Part shown: piece by piece, positions 45,048-52,286 of the stretch
Layout of the letters: each line of letters begins with the position of its first letter
How positions within the stretch are numbered: position 1 is the stretch's first letter
Assembly (NCBI GenBank): GCA_026995555.1
Contig: JALWOJ010000162.1
Coordinates: 1 to 52,286 of the forward strand
Direction: 5' to 3'
Source: Acidilobaceae archaeon
GTDB lineage: Archaea > Thermoproteota > Thermoprotei_A > Sulfolobales > Acidilobaceae
Length of the DNA stretch: 52,286 bases
The notes under the pieces: generated by a model
The model's database searches: none
What the model was told of the DNA's origin: nothing
What the model saw: only the letters and a program-made list of their open reading frames with translations
Made by a program: the position numbers and the translations under genes

Positions 45048-46270
45048 CTAACCTCAACCTCACCCAAATCCTCATAATCAAGTATGCTTCCTCTGGCCAC
45101 GAGCATAGATGATATGATATACTTAAGCGCCTTCGTTATCATCTTTGCTCTTCTATCACTAGCCTGTATACAGAGCGGTAGAAGGCTATCGTTAGCAAGG
45201 CTCGCTACTGAATATATTTGATAAGGTTCCATCCCCCAGGACCTCACGATCTCTAAAGTTTTCTCGCTGTACTCTATTCTAACCATTCTTCCTAGACCCG
45301 AGGACTCCTGAAGTCTACCAGGAGGTAAGACCAAGTATTCAACTATTTTATCTATGTTTTCTCCAACATCACTTCTAACCCTTATTTTTGGGGTTTTATA
45401 TATAAAGCCAGGTCTCCTCTTGACGCAACCACTTCTGTAAAGCAGATAAAGGGCGTTTTCATCGCTAAAGTCCTTAATCCCTATACATTTACTTATACTT
45501 GATGATATTTGAGGAGTTCTATAGAGGATCCTACTCCTCGATAATCTTTTTACAACACCTATAACAGGGATCCCCTGTTCCTCAAGACTTCTTACTGCCT
45601 CTATTCTTGAAGCTAGAAGAAATCTCCAAGCCTCGATATATTTTTCAGGAGCACCTATACCTACAAGTGCTCCAGGAACTAAATAGAGAGGTCCGTCAAC
45701 CATAACAACAGTTTTCTTCATTCCATTTAAAAGATTAGGTATGGCTTCTGAGAGGGCCCAGTTCTCAAGGAACACCCTGGCCTCATCTAAGGCCTGGGCA
45801 ACACTATAGTCCCTATCATATGGAATGCCTGCTGGATTCTTCAGATCCATCCAGGGAGGGGTCTCTAGGACTAGGGGTCCCCGAGCGTTAGGAAGCATTC
45901 TTATAAAAGGGGGGCCAGAACTGCTAAAGTTATCATATACTGAGGGCCAATCAAGAAGTTCAAATGCACCCCAAGACGTACTGACAGCCGCAATAACTAT
46001 ACTTGCCTGAGGTACATCTATTCTTCTACTGCTGGAGTCTACTCCAACAAACCTGATTTCCTTCCAATCTGTATGAGGGAGGGGAGTTCTGGGAGACAGA
46101 GGCTTTGACTGAAACTCATAAACCTCACTCTCAGCAAGCCCTGACTCCTCAACAGGCATCCTGACCTCTATGGCATCAGACAGCCTTAAAACAGAAGGTC
46201 CTCCAGAGTATCCATTTCCTAACCTACCTATTATGGCCATCAGCCTCTCCAGTGTAGATGCTATGTCCAA
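45026..46270 (-). CDS. NurA-like nuclease
   Basis: 414 aa. FVGVDSSSRRI, VVMVDGPLYLVPG and VIGVVKRLSRSRIL resemble the NurA catalytic and structural motifs. The 3' end overlaps the HerA-like start by 22 nt. The start is uncertain (TTG at 46270, Met at codon 10). Confidence 0.6.
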   Translation of the reverse strand: MDIASTLERLMAIIGRLGNGYSGGPSVLRLSDAIEVRMPVEESGLAESEVYEFQSKPLSPRTPLPHTDWKEIRFVGVDSSSRRIDVPQASIVIAAVSTSWGAFELLDWPSVYDNFSSSGPPFIRMLPNARGPLVLETPPWMDLKNPAGIPYDRDYSVAQALDEARVFLENWALSEAIPNLLNGMKKTVVMVDGPLYLVPGALVGIGAPEKYIEAWRFLLASRIEAVRSLEEQGIPVIGVVKRLSRSRILYRTPQISSSISKCIGIKDFSDENALYLLYRSGCVKRRPGFIYKTPKIRVRSDVGENIDKIVEYLVLPPGRLQESSGLGRMVRIEYSEKTLEIVRSWGMEPYQIYSVASLANDSLLPLCIQASDRRAKMITKALKYIISSMLVARGSILDYEDLGEVEVRWPGMRV

Positions 46271-46486
46271 CTCTCTCTACCTTTTCGTCTACCTAAATAA
46301 TACAATATAAGTGGTAATACCAGAAAAGTCATCCGTTTCTGAAAACCTTGAGCATCCCCTAGCTAGAGAGAGTGTTCTGAGGAAAATTATATGAAAAATC
46401 GGAAACTCCTCGGCTACCCCAGAGTTTCTCATCGCCCAAAGGGGCTCATCGTACCGGGCATGACTCACCTCATCGGAGCCAAGCGA

Positions 46487-47401
46487 TCAAGTCACCATAG
46501 CTAAGAATTTTTTACCAAGGTCCTCCATTAACTCCTTTACACCCTCTCTCACATAGGGGGCTACTCTTGGATGATCAAGGGGGTTCCATGTCTTTGAAAG
46601 TAACTCATCTAACCTCTTTAACATGTCCTCTATAACTCCCTCAGAAACATCTATAGCGTATATTGTGTGAGAAGCTTCCTCGACCCTCTTTAGCTCATCT
46701 AAACCCTTCAGGTTGGCACATCTGGAAATTGCCAGCACTAATTTCGAAACCTTCGTCACGGGTACGGCTTCATAAATTCCTCTGCTCCCCTTAGACGTCA
46801 TATATGATATTATCGATTTGTTATCCTCCATATATAGAACCTTGGATATCTTTAGACCCCTCTTTAAGGCAACCTCCTTTATCCATGTGACCCTCTCATA
46901 GCTACTTTTGCTATTCTTTTTTGCTAGAAGTTCTATTGAACTTATGACTGCAGGAGATGGTAAATATAAAATGTTTTCGAATTTGACATCGATGTTGGCA
47001 ACTGCACCCCTTTCAAGCTCTTCTGCAACTTTCTCGGCAAGTCTTGAAACAAGAGATATGCCTAGAAGGCTTGGAGTTATTGCAATTATGCCTGAACCTC
47101 TCTTGAAGGCACTCTCAAGCACTGCAGCAGCTCTCTCGCTTCTGCCCATCTCTCCCTTAATTGTCTCATACTCATAAACTTCTACTCTTCTCACTTCAGG
47201 ATTATCGGCCAAGGAGTCTATGACCGCTGCAATAATAGGTGTTTCATCAAGGCTCGGGAATCTGAGGCTTTTAAGTAGTACTACAACCTCTCTCTTCCTT
47301 CCAGCCTTATTCCATTCAAGCCTTTCTACCCTTCCCTCTATAACCTTTAAAGATCTTTCTATGTGTTCAAGCTCCTTAACGCAGGCCTCAAGCTCTACCA
47401 A
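46487..47401 (-). CDS. hypothetical protein with N-terminal coiled-coil
   Basis: 304-aa ORF, same strand, 216 nt upstream of the NurA-like gene. No motif recognised. Confidence 0.5.
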   Translation of the reverse strand: MVELEACVKELEHIERSLKVIEGRVERLEWNKAGRKREVVVLLKSLRFPSLDETPIIAAVIDSLADNPEVRRVEVYEYETIKGEMGRSERAAAVLESAFKRGSGIIAITPSLLGISLVSRLAEKVAEELERGAVANIDVKFENILYLPSPAVISSIELLAKKNSKSSYERVTWIKEVALKRGLKISKVLYMEDNKSIISYMTSKGSRGIYEAVPVTKVSKLVLAISRCANLKGLDELKRVEEASHTIYAIDVSEGVIEDMLKRLDELLSKTWNPLDHPRVAPYVREGVKELMEDLGKKFLAMVT

Positions 47402-47516
47402 ACTTGTGCACCGCAGGGCTTTAGCTGTAAATACTTAGACTAGAAAAGTTATTTAAGAGTACCTCTCTAACTAGATTTGTTCTGAAGATTTTTAAATTTT
47501 TATTAAATTTAATGAG

Positions 47517-47873
47517 TTACGATTTAAGCTCCTCTATAACGTTTTTGACAGCATCCTTTACCTTAACTCCTGTTATTGTAAAAATCTTAACTCCAAGGTA
47601 TTGTAATGCTGCATAGGCATTGGGACCAGGATTTGGACCCACATATACCGTTGCCTTAGCGTCAGCTATTGCTTGAGCCGCCTTGACGCCAGCACCACTT
47701 CCAGCCTCAGCTCCAGGGTTCTTTATAACTTCAACCTTCTTTATCTCTCCAGTATCAAGATCAGCCTCCACTATGGTAAAGGTTGGAGCCCTTCCAAGTC
47801 TATCATAAACCAGATCGTCAAGTCCCCCCTTCTCCGTGGGAATAGCTATCCTGATCGTGGCCATTCTCCTCAC
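47517..47873 (-). CDS. NifB/NifX-family (dinitrogenase Fe-Mo cofactor biosynthesis domain) protein
   Basis: 118 aa. RIAIPTEKGGLDDLVYDRLGRAPTFTIVE...GAGVKAAQAIADAKATVYVG matches the COG1433-type fold pattern. Confidence 0.8.
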   Translation of the reverse strand: MRRMATIRIAIPTEKGGLDDLVYDRLGRAPTFTIVEADLDTGEIKKVEVIKNPGAEAGSGAGVKAAQAIADAKATVYVGPNPGPNAYAALQYLGVKIFTITGVKVKDAVKNVIEELKS

Positions 47874-48850
47874 CCCTTCTGAGGCCTAACTATAACCGGT
47901 ATATAGGGTTCAGGCTTCTTAGGTCTATATCTAGAATACCAGCTCCTCCAATCGCTTAGAACTTTTTCTGCCACAAAATCAGCTATTCTTCTCAACTCCT
48001 GAGAAGCTGAACTGTCTGGGAATGCTTCGACTACGGGTCTTCTCATATTTATAGATTTAGGCACCGACTCATCAAAGGGGATCTTACCGATGATTGGAAT
48101 GTTTTCCTCCTTAGCATATTCCTCTATATCATTTACCATCTCGGGATTTATGTCAAACTTATTTATAACTATCATTGGGGCTATCATGAAGTGCTTCGTA
48201 AGCTTATGAATTCTTTTCAGATCGCTAAGACTAGCCCTTGTCGGTTCAACAACTAGTAACGCAAATTGAGCACCTGTAAGACTTGATATCACCTGGCAAC
48301 CAATGCCAGCAGCGGCATCAAGCAGGAGAACACCTTCAGTACCTAGAAGGGCCTTTGCCCTGTTCTTGATCTCAGTGACTAACTTTCCCGAGTTAGGCCT
48401 ACCAGGAACTGATTCTCCAGATATCAGAGGAAATCCATATCTAGTCTTTTCAGCTAACATTATGTGTCCTGCAACGACCTTAAACTTATATCTTATAGCC
48501 TTGACCGGACAGGCTAAACTGCACGTCAAGCAGCCTTCGCATATGTACTCATTTATCTTATAATTGCCATCTATAACTTCGACTGCCCCGAAAGGACATT
48601 CTTCAGCACATATATTACACTTAGTACACTTATCCTGAAGTATGTAAGCTATCCTACCCTCGTAATACTCCTCTACCCTATCCCACCTGTCTATTCCAAG
48701 AACTATATGAAGGTTTGGTTCTTCAGCATCCGCATCAGCTGCAACAAGTTTGAGACCCTTCTTAGCCAAAAGTACTGCCAGGCTTCCAGAGATCGTTGAC
48801 TTACCAACACCGCCCTTCCCGCTAGCAATAACTAGTTCAACTACTGTCAT
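47870..48850 (-). CDS. MinD/ParA-type P-loop ATPase with inserted 2x[4Fe-4S] ferredoxin domain
   Basis: 326 aa. Deviant Walker A ASGKGGVGKST, with the inserted CTKCNICAEECP and CEGCLTCSLACP. ATGA overlap with the upstream gene. Confidence 0.85.
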   Translation of the reverse strand: MTVVELVIASGKGGVGKSTISGSLAVLLAKKGLKLVAADADAEEPNLHIVLGIDRWDRVEEYYEGRIAYILQDKCTKCNICAEECPFGAVEVIDGNYKINEYICEGCLTCSLACPVKAIRYKFKVVAGHIMLAEKTRYGFPLISGESVPGRPNSGKLVTEIKNRAKALLGTEGVLLLDAAAGIGCQVISSLTGAQFALLVVEPTRASLSDLKRIHKLTKHFMIAPMIVINKFDINPEMVNDIEEYAKEENIPIIGKIPFDESVPKSINMRRPVVEAFPDSSASQELRRIADFVAEKVLSDWRSWYSRYRPKKPEPYIPVIVRPQKG

Positions 48851-49770
48851 GGACTCTTCACCTCTACAAGACTTCTCCTTATAAGTGCTGAGACTTCCTC
48901 AGCAACCCTTCTAAGGACCCTAGCAGGTTCCGAGTCTGGGTTTTCAATGACGACAAGCTTTCCTTTTGCATAAGAGAGAACCACCTCCTTCGAGTAGGGA
49001 ATTCTAAAGACTTTTTCTACATTATACTCATCGGCTATTTTCAAGAGTTCGTCCTCCGGACCTATGTTAGATCTGTTAATAATCATCCATGTCCTTATAT
49101 CATTCCCTCTTGCTATCTCCAGAATTGCTCTAAGATCGTGAGCACCAAGAGGCGTAGGTTCTGTAACTGCTATCAAGATTTTACTTCCTTGAAGAGCTGC
49201 TGCAATAGAGTTCCCAGAACCTGCCCCCGTATCAACGATCAAAACATCTTTATCTTTGGCCTCTTCTAAAGCCCTTCTTTTGGTGTAAACCACTGCTGGA
49301 GGGGTATGTTCTTCTCCTTCCTTTAGCATCCCAGTGACAAGCTTAAAGGATCCTATTTTTGTAGAGACGTCTCTCACAAAAAGCTTTCCTATAACCCTTT
49401 CTCCTGGAAGCATAGCATCGTAAGGGCATGCATAGATACATGCCTTACACCCACTACAGAGTCTCGGCATTATCATAGGAGGTCTTCCCTTTGCCATTAC
49501 TATTGCTCCCGTATCGCAAACCTTTGCACAGGCACCGCAGGCGGTACACTTTTTATAATCTATTATGGGGAAAAACGATCTGATATCCTCAGATTTTCCA
49601 GGATCTTCCAATCCTAGAAGAAGAAAGTCGTTAGGTGCCTCAACATCTATATCAGCTAATACCACCTTAAACTTCTGAGAGAGAAGCGCAGCTAAGTTTG
49701 TTGCAACAAAACTCTTTCCAGTACCTCCCTTTCCCCCGCTAACGCCCAGTATAAAGGGCATGTTTTTCAC
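48847..49770 (-). CDS. MinD/ParA-type P-loop ATPase with inserted 2x[4Fe-4S] ferredoxin domain
   Basis: 307 aa. VSGGKGGTGKSF, with the inserted CTACGACAKVCD and CSGCKACIYACP. The start is GTG at 49770 or ATG at 49761. Confidence 0.85.
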   Translation of the reverse strand: MKNMPFILGVSGGKGGTGKSFVATNLAALLSQKFKVVLADIDVEAPNDFLLLGLEDPGKSEDIRSFFPIIDYKKCTACGACAKVCDTGAIVMAKGRPPMIMPRLCSGCKACIYACPYDAMLPGERVIGKLFVRDVSTKIGSFKLVTGMLKEGEEHTPPAVVYTKRRALEEAKDKDVLIVDTGAGSGNSIAAALQGSKILIAVTEPTPLGAHDLRAILEIARGNDIRTWMIINRSNIGPEDELLKIADEYNVEKVFRIPYSKEVVLSYAKGKLVVIENPDSEPARVLRRVAEEVSALIRRSLVEVKSP

Positions 49771-50171
49771 CCAGGAACAGAGATCTTCTTAAAAAGCTCG
49801 TTGTTAACAACAATCTCATTAAGCTTCTGTTCCTCTACACTGAGGATTTTTTCCAATTCTTTATTAACAAAATCCACTACCTCCTTAGGTAGGGAGGGAG
49901 TTTCACATCTATATTCTATACAACTTCTTCTCTTAATCTTAGGATCCCCCTCTATTTTATTGAAACAAGGATCATCCTTAACAGCCTCTTTAAGGCCCTC
50001 TATGTAAAAGGTTCCAGGGCCCCTAACGTACTTGATATCTGTAAGCCTCTCTCCCTTGTTCTTAAGCCATTCGATTTCAATGAACGCCAATATTCTGCTT
50101 AGCTTGAAAGGATGAACACATCCCGTTTTCTTCAGCACATAAGCCATCAATGTCTTTCCTTTGATCGTCAT
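49767..50171 (-). CDS. hypothetical protein, weak resemblance to Panacea/DUF4065 (SocA-like) domain
   Basis: 134 aa. FKLSRILAFIEIEWLKNKGERLTDIKYVRGPGTFYIEGL resembles the K-L-x-K-L-L-Y..G-x-P-L-T..GP pattern. First gene of the coupled operon. Confidence 0.4.
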   Translation of the reverse strand: MTIKGKTLMAYVLKKTGCVHPFKLSRILAFIEIEWLKNKGERLTDIKYVRGPGTFYIEGLKEAVKDDPCFNKIEGDPKIKRRSCIEYRCETPSLPKEVVDFVNKELEKILSVEEQKLNEIVVNNELFKKISVPG

Positions 50172-50339
50172 TTATCCCAAGCCTCCAATAAAGAGTTTCG
50201 AACCTACCCAGAATTACATGTTTTTCACAACCGTTAAAGTTCTTGCATTATTAATTTTTAATAGCAGATGGATTAATATTGACGAAGGAAACAGATTGAT
50301 AGCTCAAAGTACGTCATTGAGAGGTCAAGGGAAAGAGGG

Positions 50340-50777
50340 ATGAAAAAGAAACCACTGTATACAGCAAAGTACAGAGTTTACTGGAGCGAAACGGATGCTG
50401 CCTTGATAATGCACTTCTCAAATTTCTTCAGAATCTGCGAGAGAGCTGAGGAGGACTTTCTAGAGAGCATAGGCCTCTTAAGCTATAGGGATAAGCCGAC
50501 CGGACAAAGGATTCTTCTCCCTAGGGTTCATGCGGAGTGTGACTTCTTTGCTCCCCTAAGGCCTGGGGATCACTATAGGGTTGAACTCAACGATCTAAAT
50601 TTTGGCAACAAGAGCATTGAATATGTATGGGAGATATATAATGAGGATCTTGACAGGGAGTCGGCAAGATGCAAAATAGTAGCTGCATTTTATGATGAAA
50701 GGGCTGGAAGAGCAGTGCCTATACCTGAAAACTTTAAGAAAATAATAATGGATTATATTGAAAAACGGACACAATAA
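50340..50777 (+). CDS. 4HBT/YbgC-like acyl-CoA thioesterase (hotdog fold)
   Basis: 145 aa. YRVYWSETDAALIMHFSNFFRICERAEEDFL is the typical hotdog thioesterase N-terminus with the catalytic Asp. Confidence 0.75.
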   Translation: MKKKPLYTAKYRVYWSETDAALIMHFSNFFRICERAEEDFLESIGLLSYRDKPTGQRILLPRVHAECDFFAPLRPGDHYRVELNDLNFGNKSIEYVWEIYNEDLDRESARCKIVAAFYDERAGRAVPIPENFKKIIMDYIEKRTQ

Positions 50778-50860
50778 GAATTTTGTATCAGTCTAGAACT
50801 CAAAGATAAAATCAAGTTCGGTAATCTTTCTGAATAGTAACAAAACGCGGGGGAGAGTTC

Positions 50861-51772
50861 TTGAATATTAAGGAAAACCTAACTGAGGCCTTCAAAGAAC
50901 TAATAGTAAAAGTTGCAACGGGTATTCCTGAGGACGTTTATAACTATATTAGAAAAGCATATGAGTCTGAAGAAAATCCCGTGGCAAAGGCTCAGTTTGA
51001 AGCAATATTAAAGGATATGGAACTTGCCTGTAAAAGAACTAGGCCCATCTGCCAGGATACGGGAACTCCTTATCTGTTCCTCGAGGTGGGAGATAACTTC
51101 CCTATAAAAAGTGAGATAGTTGAAATATTCAAAGATGCGCTAAGATATGTCACTAAAGAAATGGGCATTTTAAGGCCAAATGCAGTCGATCCCATTTATG
51201 CCAGAAATAGCGGTGATAACACGGGGAGGTTTGTACCCTGGGTTCATATAGACTTAGTCCCCGGAGACGAGCTTAAAGTAAATATTATGTTTAAAGGAGG
51301 AGGGAGTGAGGCTCCCTCGACTTTAGTAATGTCTCCTCCATTAAAAGGTTGGGAAACTCTTAAGGAGACTGTAATCGAAACCGTGGCCAAAGCTGGCCCC
51401 TTACCATGTCCACCACTAATAGTTGGAGTTGCAGTGGCTGCTGGAGCTGATATGGCATTAACCCTAGCCAAGAGGGCGATCTTAAGGCCCATAGGGGAAA
51501 GACATCCTGATCCCAAGGTCGCCAAGATGGAGGAGGAGCTCCTCGAGGCCCTTAACAAGTTAGGGGTAGGACCTCATGGATTTGGAGGAAAGTTTAGCGT
51601 GCTTGATGTTAAGTTTGAATACGCTTATAGGCATCCAGCAACGTTTGCTATAGGAGTCATAACAAGCTGTTGGGCGACTAGAAGAGGAAGAATGATCGTG
51701 AGATCTGATGGTTCATACGTTATAACAAGCAAGCATCTAGTACGTGAAGGAGATGTTTGTGTTGTGAGGTGA
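50861..51772 (+). CDS. fumA: class I (Fe-S) fumarate hydratase / tartrate dehydratase alpha subunit
   Basis: 303 aa. The PICQDTGTP motif and GGGSEAPS are typical of the Fe-S hydro-lyase alpha domain. TTG start. Confidence 0.85.
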   Translation: MNIKENLTEAFKELIVKVATGIPEDVYNYIRKAYESEENPVAKAQFEAILKDMELACKRTRPICQDTGTPYLFLEVGDNFPIKSEIVEIFKDALRYVTKEMGILRPNAVDPIYARNSGDNTGRFVPWVHIDLVPGDELKVNIMFKGGGSEAPSTLVMSPPLKGWETLKETVIETVAKAGPLPCPPLIVGVAVAAGADMALTLAKRAILRPIGERHPDPKVAKMEEELLEALNKLGVGPHGFGGKFSVLDVKFEYAYRHPATFAIGVITSCWATRRGRMIVRSDGSYVITSKHLVREGDVCVVR

Positions 51773-51778
51773 TTTAAA

Positions 51779-52286
51779 ATGTCTGAGCCTAAGATATATA
51801 GATTAAGAACTCCTCTAAGTGATGAAGATGTTGAAAAGCTTAAAATAGGGGATATAGTTTACATAACGGGGATAATGGTTACTGCGAGGGACGAAGCACA
51901 CGAAAAGGTTCTAAAAACTTTGGAGAAAGGGGAGTCGCTTCCCATAGATCTTAGGGGCCTAGTCCTGTATCACTGCGGACCTGTTGCAAGGAAGAGACCG
52001 GACGGTTCCTGGGAGATAGTTGCAGCTGGTCCCACAACCAGCATGAGAATGGAAAGCGTTGAAGCAGAGTTCATAGAGAAGACGGGTGTTAAGATGATAG
52101 TAGGTAAAGGAGGCATGGGAGATAGAACGGCTGAAGCTATGAAGAAGTACAAGGCCGTTTACGCAGTGTTTACTGGGGGAGCTGGTGCTCTCGCCGCCGA
52201 AGCTATAAAAAGAGTTAAGGACGTGTATTGGCTCGACGAGCTTGGGATTCCCGAGGCAATGTGGGTTTTTGAAGTTGAAAATTTCG
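51779..52286 (+). CDS. fumB: class I fumarate hydratase beta subunit (partial, runs off window end)
   Basis: Own translation from ATG 51779: MSEPKIYRLRTPLSDEDVEKLKIGDIVYITGIMVTARDEAHEKV...GPTTSMRME...MIVGKGGMG.. is the beta-domain signature. Open to the window end. Confidence 0.85.
   Translation, partial: MSEPKIYRLRTPLSDEDVEKLKIGDIVYITGIMVTARDEAHEKVLKTLEKGESLPIDLRGLVLYHCGPVARKRPDGSWEIVAAGPTTSMRMESVEAEFIEKTGVKMIVGKGGMGDRTAEAMKKYKAVYAVFTGGAGALAAEAIKRVKDVYWLDELGIPEAMWVFEVENF

Noticed and set aside
1-52286. CRISPR array or rRNA genes
   Set aside because: I found no regularly spaced direct repeats of 24-40 nt anywhere in the window, and no rRNA-like stretches. The only stable RNA genes I could fold are the two tRNAs.

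Overview
Compact archaeal chromosome segment of about 65 genes. Gene content looks crenarchaeal and Desulfurococcales-like (L14e, PaREP1, split GcvP subunit, KaiC/RadA paralog, NurA/HerA-type genes, tRNA-His with encoded G-1), but the organism assignment is inference. 1-22.8 kb is mostly housekeeping and metabolism: GT4 plus GH130-like pair, nicotinamidase, gcvPB, ClC channel, pcm, a four-subunit proline-dehydrogenase-like flavoenzyme, Trm5, NAD kinase, LutA/LutB-like and GlcD/split-GlcF-like modules, a VapBC pair whose toxin carries an in-frame stop, L14e and acyl-CoA dehydrogenase. 23-36.4 kb is a mosaic accessory island ending at the 3' end of tRNA-Arg(GCG). It holds a retropepsin-like/PaREP1 pair, an orphan DNA methyltransferase, an apparently intact IS607-family element (serine-recombinase TnpA plus TnpB) inserted into a PIN toxin gene, a truncated tyrosine integrase, an intact VapBC, a structured GC-rich intergenic element, a decayed gene region, and a GC-rich five-ORF cassette (wHTH protein, small membrane and pilin-like ORFs) next to the tRNA. 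36.6-52.3 kb holds transporters, a B12/radical-SAM enzyme, tRNA-His(GUG) with a structured leader, a stand-alone NurA-like nuclease plus oversized HerA-like ATPase pair with an unknown 304-aa neighbour, a translationally coupled operon (unknown 134 aa, two MinD-type ATPases with ferredoxin inserts, NifX-like), a thioesterase and class I fumarate hydratase alpha/beta. No rRNA and no CRISPR array were seen. The best candidates for an undescribed system are the NurA-like/HerA-like module and the MinD-Fd/NifX operon. The most informative mobile-DNA observations are the IS607/TnpB insertion and the island at tRNA-Arg.
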